DNA of 64,000 nucleotides, from contig NW_027250648.1 of NCBI RefSeq assembly GCF_044704955.1, positions 3,286,001-3,350,000 of the forward strand, in the 5' to 3' direction. Under the pieces are notes generated by a model. That model was not told the origin of the DNA. It worked only from the letters and a program-made list of their open reading frames with translations, and ran no database searches. Below, one piece after another: positions 63,878-64,000 of the stretch (positions are counted from its first letter, which is position 1; each line of letters opens with the position of its first letter). Origin of the DNA: Pristiophorus japonicus. Lineage: Eukaryota. Made by a program: the position numbers and the translations under genes.

Positions 63878-64000
63878 TTAGAAACATAAAAAATAGGTGC
63901 AGGAGTAGGCCATTCGGCCCTTCTAGCCTGCACCGCCATTCAATGAGTTCATGGCTGAACATGCAACTTCAGTACCCCATTCCTGCTTTCTCACCATACC
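63878..64000 (-). mobile_element. CR1 3' end, continues beyond the window
   Basis: Same 3' UTR as 51423-51545. Confidence 0.9.

Overview
Vertebrate nuclear DNA, almost certainly a cartilaginous fish (shark), inferred from the IgM exon and the repeat families; the species is not determined. The window is dominated by transposable elements: many CR1 LINEs, one Gypsy LTR element, an unusual dual-RNase H LTR element, solo LTRs, Harbinger-like remnants, SINEs and minisatellites. Host-gene content falls into two parts. (1) An orphan immunoglobulin mu CH1 exon (6407-6706), missed by the ORF track, with intact splice sites, a nonsense codon and no recognisable CH2-CH4 downstream. (2) A cluster of four paralogous KRAB-less C2H2 zinc-finger gene cassettes (about 25 kb, 34 kb, 37+45 kb and 59 kb), mostly damaged. 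The most notable findings are an env-less LTR element with retrovirus-like tether plus RNase H architecture and a tRNA-Ala PBS inserted into a ZNF exon, a chimeric CR1-tailed insertion carrying non-CR1 Myb/SANT sequence with its empty site visible in a nearby duplicate, and TGA codons shared between ZNF paralogs. One assembly gap lies at 50858-51081. All assignments were made by eye; repeat boundaries are approximate unless a TSD is given.
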